Shown one piece after another: positions 29,610 to 39,877 of a stretch of 64,000 nt of DNA. Every line of letters starts with the position of its first letter. Positions within the stretch are counted from its first letter, which is position 1. The stretch lies in the NCBI GenBank assembly GCA_005792285.1, contig SXSI01000050.1, positions 4,297 through 68,296 on the forward strand. The letters are read 5' to 3'. The notes under the pieces are model-generated. The model was given only the letters and a program-made list of their open reading frames with translations. It had not been told where the DNA came from and made no database searches. The stretch comes from Bacteroidota bacterium (GTDB taxonomy: Bacteria; Bacteroidota; Ignavibacteria; UBA10030; UBA8401). Both the position numbers and the translations under genes were made by a program.

Positions 29610-30728
29610 ATGGAACTTTGGCAAAAAATGATTCGTGATAGTGTTAACTCTGGAGAGGATTTAGTTAAAAAATTTGATTTCGATAGAGAGCTTGCCGACA
29701 AATTAAATAATTTATTTCATATCAGAATTAATCCTTATTATTTAAGTTTGATTAGGGAAAAAGGAGATCCAATTTGGTTGCAATGTATTCCAGATGAAAA
29801 AGAATTAGTAGAAGACAATATGCCACTTGATCCATTGGAAGAAGAAAAATTTAGTCCAGTGCCAAGTATTACGCACCGATATCCAGACAGAGTTTTATTT
29901 TTAACTACAAGTCAATGTTCGATGTATTGCAGATTTTGTACAAGGAAAAGAAAAGTAAGTGATCCAACGAAAATTAGTATGAAGTTTATTCAAACTGGAA
30001 TTGATTACATCTCTGCTCATCCCGAAATCCGTGATGTTGTATTGTCCGGAGGTGATCCTTTAATGTTGACAAATGTTATGTTAGAAAAAATACTTGCCGG
30101 TTTGCGCGCAATTCCTCATGTTGAAATTATTAGATTAGGAACAAAAATTCCATGTGTGCTTCCACAAAGAGTAACTGCAAAACTTTGCAAAATGATAAAA
30201 AAATATCATCCAATTTATGTGAACACACATTTCAATCATCCATGGGAATGTACACCTGAAGCAAAGTTATCTTGCGAAATGTTAGCAGACGCAGGTTGCC
30301 CAGTTGGTAATCAGGCAGTATTAATGAAAGGTGTAAATGACAACGCAGAAGTAATGTTGGAGCTCCATCGAAAATTACTTGCAATGAGAGTTCGGCCATA
30401 TTATTTGTATCAAGCTGATCTTACAAAAGGAACAAATCATTTTAGAGTTCCCGTAAGAGTTGGATTAGAAATTATGGATAAACTTCGTGGTCACACTTCT
30501 GGGCTTGCGGTTCCATATTATGTAATTGATGCACCGGGAGGTGGAGGAAAAATTCCAATTTTGCCGCAATATGTTCTTGGCAGAAAAGACAATAAAATTA
30601 TTCTTCGAAATTATAAATATGATGTTTTTGAATATCCAGATGTTGTTGAAGACGAAATAGTTGAACCAGTAACTAATGGGAAAAAAGATCAACCTTCAGA
30701 AAAGATAAACGAAAAAGTCTTAGTTTAA
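29610..30728 (+). CDS. KamA-family radical SAM/PLP 2,3-aminomutase, lysine-type
   Basis: HRYPDR, CSMYCRFC, SGGDPL, HFNHP, YQADL, VIDAPGGGGK (PLP lysine); SD AGGAGG upstream. Confidence 0.92.
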   Translation: MELWQKMIRDSVNSGEDLVKKFDFDRELADKLNNLFHIRINPYYLSLIREKGDPIWLQCIPDEKELVEDNMPLDPLEEEKFSPVPSITHRYPDRVLFLTTSQCSMYCRFCTRKRKVSDPTKISMKFIQTGIDYISAHPEIRDVVLSGGDPLMLTNVMLEKILAGLRAIPHVEIIRLGTKIPCVLPQRVTAKLCKMIKKYHPIYVNTHFNHPWECTPEAKLSCEMLADAGCPVGNQAVLMKGVNDNAEVMLELHRKLLAMRVRPYYLYQADLTKGTNHFRVPVRVGLEIMDKLRGHTSGLAVPYYVIDAPGGGGKIPILPQYVLGRKDNKIILRNYKYDVFEYPDVVEDEIVEPVTNGKKDQPSEKINEKVLV

Positions 30729-30757
30729 TTGAAGTTATAGTTCGTCGCCTTCTTCTC

Positions 30758-30765
30758 TAATTTTG
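30758..30765 (+). promoter_or_regulatory. possible -7 promoter element for dnaG
   Basis: TAATTTTG matches TAnnTTTG about 50 nt upstream of dnaG; no well-placed -33 TTG. Confidence 0.3.
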
Positions 30766-30813
30766 TAGATTTATTAATTTTTTCTTACAAATTTTTTTAC
30801 CTAAATTTTTAAC

Positions 30814-32703
30814 ATGCCAATCTCGCAATCTACAATCGAAGAAATCCGTAGCTCAACTGATATAGTTGAAGTTATTGGCAAAGTAGTACGGTTAATGAAA
30901 AAAGGAAAATCGTACAAAGGGCTTTGTCCATTCCATTCCGAAAAAACTCCTTCCTTCACAGTTAATTCCGAAAAAGGATTGTACTATTGTTTTGGTTGCC
31001 ATAAAGGGGGAGATGCAATAAAATTTGTAATGGAATTTTTCAAATATTCTTACGTTGAAGCTTTAGAAATGTTAGCTGAGAAATCTGGAATAAGAATTAT
31101 TCAAACTACTGAAAATATAGATTTAAATGAAGAAAATGAAAAGTTAACTTACGCACTTAATTTTGTCTCAAATTTATTTCAGACTCAACTTTTTGAATCT
31201 GAAGAAGGTAAAAATGCAAGTGAGTATCTTTATTCCAGAAAATTAAATGATGAAACAATTGATAATTTCAAAATCGGCTACTCATTAAAAAGTTGGGATG
31301 GATTAATACATGCAGCAGAAGTTGAAGGAATTTCTACAGAACTTTTGTTAAAAATTGGTTTAATTAAACGGAAGGAAGATAACACGCATTACGATACCTT
31401 TCGTGGTAGAATAATGTTCCCAATTCATTCTACAATGGGAAGAATTATTGGATTTGGTGCGCGTAAAATGTATGATGACGATCCGCTTGGAAAATATATT
31501 AATTCAAGCGACTCTGTAATTTATCAAAAAAGTAAAATACTTTACGGATTAAATTATTCAAAAGATGGAATCCGCCAAAAAAATTACGCTCTTCTTGTTG
31601 AAGGTTATCTGGATTATTTAAGTTTGTATCAAGCAGGATTTAAAAATGTAGTTGCTTCAAGTGGGACAGCATTAACAAATCAACAAATTCAGATTCTCGC
31701 GCGATACACTTCAGTAATTTATTTTGTTTTCGACGGAGATTCAGCAGGTTCTTCTGCAATGGTTCGTGGAATTGATTTGATTCTTGAATCCGGACTCGAC
31801 GTTCGCATTATTGATTTACCAAGTGGAAATGACCCCGATCAATTTATTCGTGAAAAAGGAAGTGAAGAATTTACAAAACTTATATCCAATGCAATATCGT
31901 TTATCCAATTTAAGGCCAACACTTTACAGAAAGCTGGAAAATTTAATTCTGCTGAAGGAAAAGCTGAAGCTGTGCGTGAAATTGTTAATTCAATTGCTAA
32001 AATTAAAGATCCAATAAAACAAGCGTTCTTTATTAGAGAAGTTGCTCAAAAATATGATTTATATGAATCAACTTTGAATACAGTGTTGGAGGAAATAACT
32101 ATTCAACAAAGATCTGAAAGAATTAGAACGGAGGCTCACCAATTCGATACTATTCCTGAAGATGTAAACGAAACTTTATTAACTCGGGAAGAAAATAAAA
32201 TAATTCCTGAAAATATTCCAATTGAAGAGAAGGAATTGCTTTCATCAATGATTGAAAATCCGAAAAAAATATGCTCGTTTGTTTTTTCACATATTAATTT
32301 AGAAGAATTTACACACCCAATTTCAATTACTCTTGCAGAAATACTTTCGCATTCATCTACCGAAGGGGAAGTTATTTCTGTTAATTCAATTTATAGCAAA
32401 GTAGAAAATGAGCAATTAAAATTATTTCTTTCTGAGTTATCCGCAATGCAATATCAATTAAGTAGTGATTGGGATTCTATCGGTTCAAGATTAAGTGAGG
32501 ACAGATTATTGAATGTTGCTTTTGGTGCAATTAAAAAAATGAAAGTTAAGAAATTAGAAATCGAAAGAGATAAAAATCAGGAACAACTTAAAACCTCATC
32601 ATTAAATAAATTAGATCCTTCAGGTTATTTAAATAAACATAAAGAGTTGCTTCAACGAATTAAAAATATTCAGGAAATGAAATTAGAAACCCGATTGAAT
32701 TAA
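30814..32703 (+). CDS. dnaG: DNA primase
   Basis: Zn finger CPFH..KTPSF..CFGC, FRGRIMFPI, KYINS, VEGYLD TOPRIM, FDGDSAG, DPD. Confidence 0.97.
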   Translation: MPISQSTIEEIRSSTDIVEVIGKVVRLMKKGKSYKGLCPFHSEKTPSFTVNSEKGLYYCFGCHKGGDAIKFVMEFFKYSYVEALEMLAEKSGIRIIQTTENIDLNEENEKLTYALNFVSNLFQTQLFESEEGKNASEYLYSRKLNDETIDNFKIGYSLKSWDGLIHAAEVEGISTELLLKIGLIKRKEDNTHYDTFRGRIMFPIHSTMGRIIGFGARKMYDDDPLGKYINSSDSVIYQKSKILYGLNYSKDGIRQKNYALLVEGYLDYLSLYQAGFKNVVASSGTALTNQQIQILARYTSVIYFVFDGDSAGSSAMVRGIDLILESGLDVRIIDLPSGNDPDQFIREKGSEEFTKLISNAISFIQFKANTLQKAGKFNSAEGKAEAVREIVNSIAKIKDPIKQAFFIREVAQKYDLYESTLNTVLEEITIQQRSERIRTEAHQFDTIPEDVNETLLTREENKIIPENIPIEEKELLSSMIENPKKICSFVFSHINLEEFTHPISITLAEILSHSSTEGEVISVNSIYSKVENEQLKLFLSELSAMQYQLSSDWDSIGSRLSEDRLLNVAFGAIKKMKVKKLEIERDKNQEQLKTSSLNKLDPSGYLNKHKELLQRIKNIQEMKLETRLN

Positions 32704-34032
32704 TTACATATGGTCAATAATATTTTGACCGAACTCTGAACATTTAATTTCAGTTCCACCTTCCATCAATCTCGCAAAATCGTAAGTAACCTTTTTAGAT
32801 TTTATTGCGCCATTGAGTCCTTTTAAAATTAAATCTGCAACTTCAATCCAACCTAAATATCTAAACATCATTTCTCCAGATAAAATTACTGAACCGGGAT
32901 TTACTTTATCGAGGTTTGCATATTTTGGAGCAGTGCCATGTGTTGCTTCAAAAATTGCGTGGCCAGTTATGTAATTTATATTTCCACCTGGCGCAATTCC
33001 AATTCCTCCAACTTGTGCAGCAAGCGCATCGGATAAATAATCGCCATTTAAATTTAAAGTTGCAATCACATCAAAATCTTCCGGTCGAGTTAAAACCTGT
33101 TGCAAAGTTATATCGGCAATCGCATCTTTAATTAAAACTTTGCCATTTAAAAGTGCCTGTTTTTGCTCGGCATTTGCAGCGTTTTCGCCATTTTCTTTTT
33201 TGGTTTTTTCCCATTGATTCCAAGAATAAATTTTATCACCAAATTTTTCTTCAGCAATTTTATAACCCCAATCGCGAAATGCACCTTCAGTAAATTTCAT
33301 AATATTAACTTTGTGAACAAAAGTAACCGATTTTTTATTATTGATGATTGCATAATTTATTGCTGATGAAATTAATCGTTCACTTCCTTGTTTTGAAACT
33401 GGTTTAATTCCAATTCCAATTTGAATGGAATCATCGCCAGTTTCAGAAATATCTTTATTCCATTTTGATATATTTTCTTTTGTGCCGAATCTTATTTTAT
33501 CAAATTGTTTTGGAAATTCTTTTGAAAGAAAATTTAAAACTTTTTCTGATTCAATTGAGCCAGCAGAGTATTCGATTCCCGCATAAATATCTTCTGTGTT
33601 TTCTCTAAAAATTACCATATTAACTTTTTCTGGATGTTTTACCGGCGAAGGAACTCCATTAAAATATTGAACTGGTCGCAAGCAAACATATAAATCCAGC
33701 ATTTGACGAAGTGCAACATTTAGCGATCTTATTCCACCGCCAATTGGAGTTGTGAGTGGACCTTTTATTCCGACAAGATATTTTTTAAAAGCATCAACAG
33801 TTTCATCGGGCAACCAATTATTAAATTTATTAAATGCAGTTTCGCCAGCATAAACTTCGAGCCAAGAGATTATTCTTTTTCCATTGTAAGATTTTTCAAC
33901 TGCTGCATCAAAGACTTTTTGTGATGCTCGCCAAATATCTGGCCCAGTTCCATCTCCTTCAATAAAAGGAATTATTGGATTATTGGGAACATTTAATTTA
34001 CCCTTTTCAATTGAAATTATTTGATTTGGCAT
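32704..34032 (-). CDS. icd: NADP-dependent isocitrate dehydrogenase
   Basis: [50 protein letters not shown] (NADP-type). Confidence 0.96.
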   Translation of the reverse strand: MPNQIISIEKGKLNVPNNPIIPFIEGDGTGPDIWRASQKVFDAAVEKSYNGKRIISWLEVYAGETAFNKFNNWLPDETVDAFKKYLVGIKGPLTTPIGGGIRSLNVALRQMLDLYVCLRPVQYFNGVPSPVKHPEKVNMVIFRENTEDIYAGIEYSAGSIESEKVLNFLSKEFPKQFDKIRFGTKENISKWNKDISETGDDSIQIGIGIKPVSKQGSERLISSAINYAIINNKKSVTFVHKVNIMKFTEGAFRDWGYKIAEEKFGDKIYSWNQWEKTKKENGENAANAEQKQALLNGKVLIKDAIADITLQQVLTRPEDFDVIATLNLNGDYLSDALAAQVGGIGIAPGGNINYITGHAIFEATHGTAPKYANLDKVNPGSVILSGEMMFRYLGWIEVADLILKGLNGAIKSKKVTYDFARLMEGGTEIKCSEFGQNIIDHM

Positions 34033-34046
34033 TTTATATTTTTTTC

Positions 34047-34466
34047 TTATTTGAGAGATTGAATTGCATTTCTAATTTGATCAGCATATTTGTTGAATTG
34101 ATTTTCATGATATTTTTTTATATTTCTTACAAAATTTATATTATCGTTTTTATGTCTTGGAATTATATGAAAATGAAAATGGAAAATCGATTGTCCAGCG
34201 ATTTCACCTTTGTTTGCAACTAAATTAAATCCTTCAAGAGAAAAAGCATCTACCAATGCTTTAGAAACTAGTTGAACTGCTGATAGAATTTCTTTTAAAT
34301 CATTCTCCGGAATTTCTAAAATATCCGAATAGTGCCCTTTGCTAATTAATAAAACGTGTCCATAATTCATCGGGTTAATGTCGAGAATAGCAAATGCTTT
34401 TTCATTCTCAAATAGAATAGAAGAAGGGATTTCTTTGTCGCGAATATTACAAAAGATACAATCCAT
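34047..34466 (-). CDS. HIT family protein
   Basis: CIFC N-terminus, GHVLLI, HFHFHII histidine triad. Confidence 0.92.
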   Translation of the reverse strand: MDCIFCNIRDKEIPSSILFENEKAFAILDINPMNYGHVLLISKGHYSDILEIPENDLKEILSAVQLVSKALVDAFSLEGFNLVANKGEIAGQSIFHFHFHIIPRHKNDNINFVRNIKKYHENQFNKYADQIRNAIQSLK

Positions 34467-34593
34467 AATCCATAATAATATGAATTATTGGATTGAACTT
34501 CAATACTCCTTTATGTAGTAAACTAAATTGAGGATTTTCACATAATCTTGTATATTGTAATTAACTATTAACAATTTTTAGAATAAAATTTAT

Positions 34594-35964
34594 ATGAGAA
34601 CAAATTTAAAAACACAATTAATTTTTGCTACTATAATTTTCATTTTTACAACTGCATTTCAATGTTCAAGTCCGGAAATGACAAGTGCAAAATTATATCT
34701 TCAAAGAAAAGATACAAAAAAAGCCGCAGAGCAATTACAACTTGAAATTTCGAAAAACCCTAAAAATGCAGAGGCGTATTATCTTTTAGGAAAAATCAAA
34801 TATGAAAATCAGGATTACAAGGGAATGAAAGATGCATTCACAGGCTCACTTGCAGCAGGAAATGTTCACGAAAAAGAGATTAAAAATTTTACTATGAGTG
34901 CGTGGGCAAAAAACTTTAATGAAGGAGTTGATGTTCTTAATAATGCAATTGATGATACAACTATTGATAGATCAATTTTATCATTTGAGATGGCTTATTA
35001 TTTATTACCTGAAAGCACAATGAATATCCGTAATTTAGGACTTGCTCATTATAAAAGAGGAAATATTCCTGAAGCTTTGAGTTATTTGCAGAAAACTTTT
35101 GAAAAAGAAAAAGATGATTTGTCAATTAGAATCATTGGAAGAGTTCACACTGACTCTGCATCAAAACTTAAAAATAAATATTTTGAAGAAAATTTTGAAA
35201 TTATAGAAAAAGTAAAAAATTTAAATTCAGTTCAAGTAAAAATGAAATCAGAGGATCTTAAATATCTGATTGGCCAACCAACATCTATAGTAGTAAAAGA
35301 TAAAAAAAGTAAAAGGGAAGAATGGGCTTATGATGCTTATTCCACTAAATTTATAATCGAAAATGGTTTAGTTGCCGCAATTAATAAATCTATAGAATTA
35401 ACTCCAGATGCAACCTTATTGCAACAATCAAAGCAGGAATTTAGTAAAGCTGTAGAAATATTAAAAGTTGGAATTTCACTTTATCCTGAAGATTCAGAAA
35501 TCTCAGAAATGTTGATGAATGCATATATTGGATCCGAAAAAAATATTGAAGCAAGATTATTGCTTGAAGAGAGAGTTGTAAAGTTTCCAGATAGCAAATA
35601 CGATCATTACAATCTCGGAGTTTATTATTTAAAGGATAATGATTATCCTTCATCAATAAAACATTTTGAAGCTGCAATTAAAATAGATTATTCTTTTAGC
35701 GCTGCAGTTTATAATTTAGCTGCGAGTTATGTTAACTGGGGAGTTGCTGAACAAGAACGATTGAAAAAAATAAAAAAAGATGACGATAAATCTTACAATG
35801 AAAAATTTAAAATAGCATTGCCATATCTTGAAAGAATAATTCAGGAAAAACCAGATGATGTACAAATGTTAGAATTATTAGGACAAGTTTATGCTAATCT
35901 TGGAAATTCAAAAAAAGCTGAGGAATTTTATAAAAAAGCAGATTCAATTCGAAGTGGAAAATAA
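34594..35964 (+). CDS. TPR-repeat (lipo)protein with an internal SmpA/OmlA(BamE)-like segment
   Basis: signal ending AFQC; TPR units AEAYYLLG, YNLGVYY, YNLAASY, LELLGQVYANLG; insert LKYLIGQP...EEWAY...FIIENGLV. Confidence 0.7.
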   Translation: MRTNLKTQLIFATIIFIFTTAFQCSSPEMTSAKLYLQRKDTKKAAEQLQLEISKNPKNAEAYYLLGKIKYENQDYKGMKDAFTGSLAAGNVHEKEIKNFTMSAWAKNFNEGVDVLNNAIDDTTIDRSILSFEMAYYLLPESTMNIRNLGLAHYKRGNIPEALSYLQKTFEKEKDDLSIRIIGRVHTDSASKLKNKYFEENFEIIEKVKNLNSVQVKMKSEDLKYLIGQPTSIVVKDKKSKREEWAYDAYSTKFIIENGLVAAINKSIELTPDATLLQQSKQEFSKAVEILKVGISLYPEDSEISEMLMNAYIGSEKNIEARLLLEERVVKFPDSKYDHYNLGVYYLKDNDYPSSIKHFEAAIKIDYSFSAAVYNLAASYVNWGVAEQERLKKIKKDDDKSYNEKFKIALPYLERIIQEKPDDVQMLELLGQVYANLGNSKKAEEFYKKADSIRSGK

Positions 35965-35975
35965 TAGGAGTACAA

Positions 35976-36299
35976 ATGACTGAACAAAAACAACAACAAA
36001 TAAATATTGAACTTGGTGAAAAAGAAGCGGAAGGAATTTATTCCAATCTCGCAATTATTACACACTCAACTGCGGAATTTGTAATTGACTTTACACGCTT
36101 GTTACCGGGAGTTCCAAAAGCAAAAGTTTATTCTAGAATAATAATGACACCACAACATGCGAAATTATTATTAGGCGCATTAAAAGATAATATCAGTAAA
36201 TATGAAGGATCGTTTGGGGAAATAAAAACTATTCCTAATGATCCAAGCGCTCAACAATTTGGATACCCTTTGAGCGGTAAAGAAGGAAAAATTAATTAA
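35976..36299 (+). CDS. DUF3467 family protein
   Basis: INIELGEKEAEGIYSNLAIITHS..EFVIDF...P..P.AKV.SRIIMTPQHAK. Confidence 0.85.
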   Translation: MTEQKQQQINIELGEKEAEGIYSNLAIITHSTAEFVIDFTRLLPGVPKAKVYSRIIMTPQHAKLLLGALKDNISKYEGSFGEIKTIPNDPSAQQFGYPLSGKEGKIN

Positions 36300-36305
36300 G
36301 TGTGA

Positions 36306-38444
36306 ATGAAGAAATTATTCATTCCTTCATTTTTAATAGCAATATTTTTTACCGCTTGCGTAGATTTAACAGGACTTGATCCTGTACTTCCAACTTGGTC
36401 AACTTCAATAACAGTTCCATTAATTGATAGAAAGTTTACTTTTGCAGATGTAATTGAAAAAGATCCAAAAATGGTAAGTGATACAGCTGTAAACTCCGAA
36501 GTAATCTATTCTCCAGCATTATCAAAACCCGATCCAACTTTAATTGAATTACCAAGTTTAACTCCAAAGGGTTCAACGATTACACAAAAACTTGGTATTA
36601 TACCGCTTGATTTGCCAAGTCTACCAACAATTGCCTTTACAGCTTTGTTATTGGGAATTCCAACTGGATTTGTACTTCCCGGGCCTGATCAACAAATTAG
36701 CAGAACGCTTCCAATAGTTGATCCAATAACTGCAACTATTTTTGATTATACGATTATTGAAAATGGAAGATTGGTTGTAAAAATTACAAACACATTTCCA
36801 TTCGATGTAAGTTTTCCATCTGGAATTCGACTTTATAATACTAGCGACAATAGTGAGTTCGCGTTACTAACACCACCAAATATTCCAAAAAATACTTCAA
36901 TTGCAGTTGAAGTAACGAAGAGTGTTAATGGTAAAAAAATGACGAACAATTTGAAAATGGATATGATAATTCAAACCATTGGAATAACCGGAACAACTTT
37001 AAGTAGTTCAAATAAATTAGAAGTTAAATCTTCATTTGATGCTGGGACTCCGGGAACAACCGCAACACTTTCTGAAGCAAAACTTTTATTAGCCGGAGAT
37101 TTTGATATTTACGATTCAACATATACAATTGCACTTCAACAACTCGATGATTCAACTTCTTTGAAAAGTGCAAAATTCGAAAGTGGAGAATTTGACATCA
37201 CAATAGATAACGGAATCGATTGCGATGTTGTTGTCGGTTTTCTATTAAATGAATTAAAAGAAATTTCGACTGGCAATCCTTTCCAATTAAAATCCGGAAG
37301 CACTGCAAGTGAGTTTGTTAAAATTACAAGGAAGACAACTTTTAAGCAAACAGTTAAATTAAAGGAATTTGAATTTCGTTCGAATCTAGGAGAAGCTAAA
37401 AATAATTTGAGTTTTGGAATGAGAATTAAAACTCTAATTGGTTTTCCTGATAAAAGAGTTATTTCAAAATACGATTCTGTTCGTGTAAAAATTACTCCGA
37501 AAACAAAACCAAATGGCGACACAGAGCCATATGTTTTAGGCCAAATTGTTGGAAGAATTAAACCAGTTTACATTTCATTAAACGATACAATTGATGTTTC
37601 AATGGGAGATGTTACAGGAACCTTTAAATTCACAGAAATAAAATTTGATTCATTGATTTTCAATCTTAATGTATTTATGTCCGGAGGTTTTGTAACAGAT
37701 TTAAATATGAAAGTGAAATCATTAACTAGTAATAACTCGCCAAGAGATTCAATGTCAACAGGAAAAGTTAGATTAAATATTGGAAAAGAGAATGTTATTA
37801 AATTTGCAAATATTGATCGATTCATTTCTAGTTTTTTTAAAGGGGGATTAAGTCTTCCTTCAAAGTTAGTTATGACTGGTTTGGTTGAAGTTAATCCTGT
37901 AGATATTTATATGGACACGACTAAATTTGGCACAATTACAAATAAGGATAGTATTGTAACGGATATTGAATTCAAATTTCCAATTCGATTAGGAATTAAA
38001 GATGGCTATATGAGTGATACTTTAGATTTTGCAGGAACTGGTTTGAAGAGTAGTGATATCGACATAATCAATGTTGGCAAAATTGGATTAATTATGGACA
38101 ATACTTTTCCAATGCAAATAAAAGTTAAAGCGGCATTTTTAATGAAAAGAACTGATACTTCTGCGGTTGCTGATTCTATTATTATGTATGTGCCAATGAC
38201 TGCAGATACAATTTTAGTTGATAGTTCAAGATATAATAGTGGTGGTGGCGCTGGAAAATATTTTACACTTATTTCACTTAAACCTGAAGACTTTGATAAA
38301 TTAAATAAAGCAACCAAATTATTATTTTACTCAGAATTAAGAACATCTTCAAATGGTGCAACTGTAGTTCGATTCAAAAAATCAGATACATTTCATATAA
38401 GAGCTTATTCAACAATTAATTTAAAAGTGAATCAGAAAAAATAA
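36306..38444 (+). CDS. large beta-rich lipoprotein of unknown function with internal repeats
   Basis: lipobox FTAC; PTW...VPLI start; repeated G.l.i.i.N..P/I motif. Confidence 0.7.
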   Translation: MKKLFIPSFLIAIFFTACVDLTGLDPVLPTWSTSITVPLIDRKFTFADVIEKDPKMVSDTAVNSEVIYSPALSKPDPTLIELPSLTPKGSTITQKLGIIPLDLPSLPTIAFTALLLGIPTGFVLPGPDQQISRTLPIVDPITATIFDYTIIENGRLVVKITNTFPFDVSFPSGIRLYNTSDNSEFALLTPPNIPKNTSIAVEVTKSVNGKKMTNNLKMDMIIQTIGITGTTLSSSNKLEVKSSFDAGTPGTTATLSEAKLLLAGDFDIYDSTYTIALQQLDDSTSLKSAKFESGEFDITIDNGIDCDVVVGFLLNELKEISTGNPFQLKSGSTASEFVKITRKTTFKQTVKLKEFEFRSNLGEAKNNLSFGMRIKTLIGFPDKRVISKYDSVRVKITPKTKPNGDTEPYVLGQIVGRIKPVYISLNDTIDVSMGDVTGTFKFTEIKFDSLIFNLNVFMSGGFVTDLNMKVKSLTSNNSPRDSMSTGKVRLNIGKENVIKFANIDRFISSFFKGGLSLPSKLVMTGLVEVNPVDIYMDTTKFGTITNKDSIVTDIEFKFPIRLGIKDGYMSDTLDFAGTGLKSSDIDIINVGKIGLIMDNTFPMQIKVKAAFLMKRTDTSAVADSIIMYVPMTADTILVDSSRYNSGGGAGKYFTLISLKPEDFDKLNKATKLLFYSELRTSSNGATVVRFKKSDTFHIRAYSTINLKVNQKK

Positions 38445-39877
38445 TGTCACAGAATATAAAACTTTTATTTATTTTTTTATTAATTGGAATATCAAATTTA
38501 TATTCTTTTAACGAACGAATCTCAGCACGAAATGTTGGAATGGGAAGAACTTTCGTTGCATCTTCAAGAGGACTTGATGCACTTGGATTAAATCCCGCAA
38601 ATCTTGCTTTGCATGATAGAAAAAATAATATAACATTTCATTTTACACCAGTTGGTTTTCATGCAGGAAGTGATTTTTTAGATTTTACTTTATACAGAAG
38701 ACATTTTACGGGAACTGATACTGGAAGTGGAGTAAATAAAAAAACCATCGCAAAAACTTTAACACCCGAAGACAAATCTGATATTCTTAGCGCGTTTCCC
38801 GGAGGAATTTCGACTACACAAATTGGTTTAGATTTAGCATGGTTTGGAATAGCAAGCCAAATAAACGAGTGGGGTTATGGATTAACTATTACTGAACATA
38901 TTAATACAGCTTTTGATTTAACTTCTGGATATATGCGTTTAGCACTTAATGGATTGGAAGAAGATGGTTCAAATTATGATTTCAATGGAACAGCAGTTAA
39001 TGCTTCATGGTTAAGAATGACTAATTTTTCGATCGCTTATAAAATTCCGGAATTAATTAAAAACCAACCAGATATTTCTGTTGGAATGGGTATTAAATAT
39101 GTTCAAGGGATCAGTTATTATGGAACAAAAAAATTTAGCGGTTACATTAAAGATAAGGTTTATAAAGATCCAACTGATTCAAAAAAAATTGATTCACTTA
39201 AAATTAGTGCTGAAATAGATTTTCTCCAATATCAAAGTTTGATTACAGATTTTAATGACATAAATGAAATTTTATTAAAACCACCTGGTTCTGGTTTTGG
39301 ATTTGATTTCGGTATTTCTATTGCTCCCAATTCTAAAATTAGATTAGGAATGAGTGTAATAAATTTAGGAAGTGTAAAATGGAGTAAAAATACTCAAGTT
39401 GTTTCCGGAAAAGGGAAATTTAATATTTCTGATATTCTAACACAGGCAACTGAATTGAGAGAAGCATTTAAAGGAGAAACAAAAGATACTTCAAGTTTTA
39501 CAACACAACTTCCAACACAATTACATTTTGGTGCAGAATTTAATGCTGATGCATTTACATTTTTAAAAAATAAATTTTGGGGAGAAGATTTAACACTTGC
39601 TGTTGATGTGCATCTTGGATTTAATGATGAACCGGGAAATACTAAACAACCAAGAATTTCATTTGGAATGGATTATCGTCCAAAATATTATCTCCCAATT
39701 CCAATTCGCCTCGGAATGTCTTTTGGTGGTAGAGAAGGATTTGGTTATGCATTTGGAACTGGAATAAGTATGGCTGACTGGGATTTAGATTTTGCAACAG
39801 AAACATTAGTTGCACTTTTTAGCCCAAAAGCAACAAGAGAACTCTCATTTACTTTGGGTTATAGAGTAAGATTATAA
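38444..39877 (+). CDS. outer-membrane beta-barrel (DUF5723 / FadL-like N-terminal plug)
   Basis: signal peptide; SARNVGMG...NPANLA plug motif; amphipathic strands; C-terminal GYRVRL. Confidence 0.7.
   Translation: MSQNIKLLFIFLLIGISNLYSFNERISARNVGMGRTFVASSRGLDALGLNPANLALHDRKNNITFHFTPVGFHAGSDFLDFTLYRRHFTGTDTGSGVNKKTIAKTLTPEDKSDILSAFPGGISTTQIGLDLAWFGIASQINEWGYGLTITEHINTAFDLTSGYMRLALNGLEEDGSNYDFNGTAVNASWLRMTNFSIAYKIPELIKNQPDISVGMGIKYVQGISYYGTKKFSGYIKDKVYKDPTDSKKIDSLKISAEIDFLQYQSLITDFNDINEILLKPPGSGFGFDFGISIAPNSKIRLGMSVINLGSVKWSKNTQVVSGKGKFNISDILTQATELREAFKGETKDTSSFTTQLPTQLHFGAEFNADAFTFLKNKFWGEDLTLAVDVHLGFNDEPGNTKQPRISFGMDYRPKYYLPIPIRLGMSFGGREGFGYAFGTGISMADWDLDFATETLVALFSPKATRELSFTLGYRVRL

Noticed and set aside
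29131-30728. Simple ablAB N-epsilon-acetyl-beta-lysine locus, or EF-P modification enzyme EpmB
   Set aside because: The GNAT is much shorter than AblB, the two coupled ligases would be unexplained, and no efp/epmA is adjacent.
34460-34495. Short duplication AATCCAT and imperfect inverted repeat at the HIT gene start
   Set aside because: Short, AT-rich and matches no regulator site I can name.
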